Shown: piece after piece, positions 60,201 to 64,000 of the stretch
Layout: each line of letters begins with the position of its first letter
Position numbering within the stretch: position 1 is the first letter of the stretch
DNA from: Macrostomum lignano
Lineage: Eukaryota
DNA: 64,000 nt
NCBI GenBank assembly: GCA_002269645.1
Contig: NIVC01000100.1
Span: 868,001-932,000 of the forward strand
Direction: 5' to 3'
The notes under the pieces: generated by a model
The model's input: the letters and a program-made list of their open reading frames with translations, nothing else
Databases searched by the model: none
Told to the model about the DNA's origin: nothing
Made by a program: the position numbers and the translations under genes

Positions 60201-62300
60201 TGCGTGCTGCAGCGGCAGGTGAGCTGGAGAGACATTAAAACAGACACTGGGACAGATAATAGGACAGATAATAAAACAGACACTGGGACTGATAATAGGA
60301 CAGGTAATACAACAGACACTGGGACAGATAATAGGACAGATAATACAACAGACACTAGGATAGAAACTGAGACAGACAATAGGACAGGCACTAGGACAGA
60401 TACTAGGAGAGACACTAGGACAGACGAGGGCAGACACTAGGACAGACAATAGGACAGACACTAGGACAGATACTAGGAGAGACACTAGGACAGACACTAA
60501 GACAGACACTAGGACAGACACTAAGACAGACACTAGGACAGACACTAGGACAGACACTAGGACAGACACTAGGACAGACACTAGGACAGACACTAGGACA
60601 GACACTAGGACAGACAATAGGACAGACAATAGGACAGACACTAGGACAGACACTAAGACAGACACTAGGACAGACGAGGGCAGACACTAGGACAGACAAT
60701 AGGACAGACACTAGGACAGATACTAGGAGAGACACTAGGACAGACACTAAGACAGACACTAGGACAGACACTAAGACAGACACTAGGACAGACACTAGGA
60801 CAGACAATAGGACAGACACTAGGACAGACAATAGGACAGACACTAGGACAGACAATAGGACAGACACTAGGACAGACAATAGGACAGACACTAAGACATC
60901 CTGAGAGAGGCAGACAAGCGCTAATAAAAGGCACTATAATCTAAGACAGACCAGACTCTAAGCCATTGAGATGGAAGCTATGAAAATAAAACAGGCAAAT
61001 CTAACCATCCATTTTTAACATTGAATTCAACAGGTAAACATAGCTCAACAAGCCCTGGCTAGAGTGCTACTGCTGCAACAGCAGCCACAACAGCAACAGC
61101 AGCAGCAGCAAGCAGCTCAAATTGGATCAGACAAAGCCAAATCTATCATGGAAGAAGCGCTGCGCCTTCTGCTCAGTCTGACTAGCAGTAGCGACCTAGG
61201 CTGGTCAGCCTACGACGCTTTCGTAGCCACCCTGACCGATTCTGAGACTCGACAACTGTTTACAGATTTGATAGTGTGCGGCAGTAAGTCTATGCAGCTG
61301 ATGGCGTGCGGCCTGTTAAGTCAGCTGACACCGCATCTACGCTCGCCAGAGAATTGGTGGTCTGATTGGTTGAGCAGTTTGTTGAATCATCTGCTTACTC
61401 AAAATCGAAGCGATGCAGCGGTTGATAAAGAGTTAGCCAAGTCGTCTCAGGAGCAACAGCAGCCACAATTGGTTCCTTGCGATCGATTGTTTCTATTGTT
61501 GTCAACTCTGTTACAGAAGATGTCGCCAAATTCTGTCGTGCTTGACAGCCTGCTGGCTCTGTTGGCTAGACAAATTAACGAGGAAACTCTGTTGAGACAG
61601 GTGGGGTACATTACTGTTAGTACTAATATTGGTAGTAGTAGCTATATTAGGATTCGTAGTTGTACTCGTAGTAGTAGAAATAATGAAACTAGTCATGGTA
61701 GCATAATTAGAATTTTTAGCTATGTTAAGAGCAGTACTCGTAGTAGCAGTATCAGTAGTAGTAGTAGTATTAGTAGTAGCAGCAGTAGTAGCAGCAGTAG
61801 TATCAGTGGTAGTAGCAGCAGCAGTAGTAGTAGTAGTAGCAGTAGTAACAGTAGCAGCAGTAGTAATAGTAGTAGTAGCAGTAGTAGTAGCAGTAGTAGT
61901 AGCAGCAGTAGTATCAGTGGTAGTAGCAGCAGCAGTAGTAGTAGTAGTAGCAGTAGTAACAGTAGCAGCAGTAGTAATAGTAGTAGTAGCAGTAGTAGTA
62001 GCAGTAGTAGTAGTAGTGGTAGTAGTAGTAGTAGTAGTAGTAGTAGCAGTAGTAGTAGTAGTAGTAGTAGTAGTAGCAGTAGTGGTAGTAGTAGTAGTAG
62101 TAGCAGTAGTGGTAGTAGTAGTAGCAGTAGTGGTAGTAGTAGTAGTAGTAGTAGCAGTAGTGGTAGTAGTAGTAGCAGTAGTGCTAGTAGTAGTAGTAGC
62201 AGTAGTAGTAGTGGTAGTAGTAGTGGTAGTAGTAGTAGTAGTAGTAGTTGCAGTAGTAGTAGTAGTACAGTAGTAGTAGCAGTAGTGCTAGCAGTAGTGC

Positions 62301-62333
<33 letters not shown>

Positions 62334-64000
62334 CAGTAGTAGTAGCAGTAGTAGTAGTGGTGGTAGTAGTAGTAGTAGTAGCAGTAGTAGTAGTAGTTTT
62401 TGTTGTAGTCGTATGTTGTACGTTCGTTTTTACTATAGTACTAGCGGTAGTGGGTTTTATATATTTATTACAATACTTACTAATTTTTAAGTACATTGTT
62501 CAATTCTCAAACTCTATTGACTAACATAGATCACTCTTTATCCTCCCGCAACAGAACTGGGAGCTGCTGGGCTGGCTACTCCTGCTAGTGAGCCGCGCTC
62601 TCGATCACGTGACCCCGCCCAGCCAGCGCTGGGACTTCCTAGCCTGGCACCACCTGTTCGCCAGCGAAAGCTCCGGAAAAACAAATCGCCGAGAGTTCCG
62701 TTTCAACAAGCGCAAACTGCAGAAACGCCTGATGCATCACAAGCAGATGCTGATGGAGCTCAGCAAGCTAAAAGAAGAGTTCCTCAGTAGCAAGACTAAA
62801 CTCGAACAGCAAGCCGAGCCGGCTGATCACGCCAAAAAGTGGATGATGAAGAAGAAAGAAGAAGTATTTAATAAGCAGTTTCATCAGCTGACGCAGAAGC
62901 ACGTTAAAGATATTCTGCAGTTGAGAAAGACCGACGTTGAATGGTGCCGCCGATATGAGCGTTATAAAGGCGCCGGCGGCTCCAGGTTTGCCGACGATGT
63001 CGGAGTCGGCGGCACAAGCGGCGGTGCCGGAAGTGGCGGAGGCGGCGGAGACGGAAGCCGAGCTTCGAATCTGGGTCCTGGAGCTGCCGCGGCCGCCGCA
63101 GCCGCCGCCGCCGCAGCCGCAGCAGCCGCGGCAAACGCTTCAGGTACAACATCGGGCGCCTCGGCATCCGTCGCCAACGAATCAGTCGAGATGCGTCGCA
63201 GACGGCGTCAGACTGTGCCAATACTGCGCGGCCTGATCAATCAGTTATTGGCGGCTGATGCGTCTGGAGCAGCTGTTGATCTGCTATTGTTGCTATGCAA
63301 AGTGTGCAGTCAGCTGGTTTGTTTAGCTAAGCCTCGACTGTCCGAGGTGCTGACTCCCGGACAGGTTGGCGAGCTGATCCAGCTGGCCTGTCAGTCTCAG
63401 CAAGCCTGGGCCGGACCGTACGGTTTTCACGCTGTCAACTGTCTTCTAGCAGACTGGCTAGCGGCTGAGAATGCTCTGCCAAGGCCTTCGCAAGTTGCGC
63501 CATCTGCTCAGGAGGAACAGCAGAAACAGAAGAAGAAAAAGACAACTTCAAAGCCCGCTGCCGCTGCGGCGGTCAGCTCGGATTCTGACCAAGACCAGCA
63601 ATTGGAAGCTTCTAACCAAACTCAACAGCAGCAATCTGTGTTTCATCGTCTGCTACAAGCTGAACAGCAGGAGCAGCAATCGATGTCGGCGATGGACGAT
63701 TGGCCAACATTGAACAGTTTCAAGATGCCATGCCCAACTGGTGAACCGTCTGCTAGCTATGCGAAATGGCGCTCCCAGATTGAACAGCAACTATTGGAGG
63801 AAGCCAGCCCGGATATGTGGAATTTCCAGAGCTCAAGCCAACAACAACAGCAGCAACAGCAACAGCAACAGCAAAAGCAACAACCAGCCTTTCCTAGTTG
63901 GTCACCTTTCTCCGCTTACGATCTGCGACTAGAAGCCGGAGTTGAACTGCAAGTTCATCGGTACACCCGACTGGTGCAAGCTTTGCCAACGTTGGAGAGC
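48268..64000 (+). CDS. BIRC6: BIRC6/Bruce giant IAP, 5' part; exons 48268-48562, 51718-51896, 52345-53715, 54329-56720, 58834-60218, 61034-61600, 62555-beyond window
   Basis: BIR domain SEANRRETFATWPH...CFAC...WEPTDEPWSEHERHSPNC, plus RRDLNGTLLLD, RRFVILDFG, WLLLLVSRALD and DLRLEAGVE, all characteristic of BIRC6. All six GT-AG introns are phase-compatible (1,0,0,1,0,0). The last exon is open to 64000. Confidence 0.95.
51990..52268. repeat. 29-bp minisatellite in BIRC6 intron 2, about 9 copies
   Basis: cagtgacc recurs at 52027, 52056 and 52085. Confidence 0.9.
53825..54215. repeat. 34-bp degenerate minisatellite in BIRC6 intron 3
   Basis: caaggaaatccatgagtcagggga recurs at 54060, 54094 and 54128; more decayed to the left. 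Confidence 0.85.
56770..58765. repeat. 23-bp satellite in BIRC6 intron 4 (AGAATCTACCCTAACCTAACCTC / AGAATCTACCATAAGCTACCCTC)
   Basis: Degenerate units on the left, block duplications in the middle, and a near-perfect run at about 58090-58735. Confidence 0.97.
60230..60898. repeat. 12-bp minisatellite (GACAGACACTAG) in BIRC6 intron 5
   Basis: Direct reading; a variant block starting acagacgagggcagac occurs near 60420 and again near 60672. Confidence 0.96.
61610..62400. repeat. (AGT/AGC)n trinucleotide microsatellite in BIRC6 intron 6
   Basis: Direct reading. Confidence 0.97.

Noticed and set aside
60087-62524. VLVS-, CPSV-, poly-Ser, poly-Leu and poly-Val ORFs
   Set aside because: Read-through of BIRC6 exons into intronic 12-bp and trinucleotide repeats, or their other frames.

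Overview
Eukaryotic (invertebrate animal) genomic DNA with GT-AG introns. The poly-Ala/Gln-rich proteins and repeat-filled introns suggest a free-living flatworm such as Macrostomum, but this is inference only. From left to right: (1) a cluster of intronless M1 aminopeptidase N-like genes (two on minus, one decayed copy, one on plus) that is a gene-conversion mosaic, with a 5'-truncated non-LTR retrotransposon, SINE-like copies and MITE-like inverted repeats in between; (2) a three-exon gene that I reconstruct from in-phase splice sites as about 16 ankyrin repeats fused to a Mab-21/cGAS-like nucleotidyltransferase with an intact-looking active site; (3) a 5'-truncated Ty3/gypsy element (end of gag, pol, 3' LTR) sitting between two apparently identical 245-bp copies of host DNA; (4) head-to-head with the cGAS-like gene, an ankyrin-repeat TRP channel with a TRPM/TRPC-type membrane domain; (5) a long GATA microsatellite and an unidentified 352-aa ORF; (6) the first seven exons of BIRC6/Bruce, where introns 2-6 each carry a different tandem repeat. 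The strongest candidate for an undescribed system is the divergent ANK-cGLR / ANK-TRP pair. Five frameshifts in the window are all one base short at homopolymers and are probably assembly errors.
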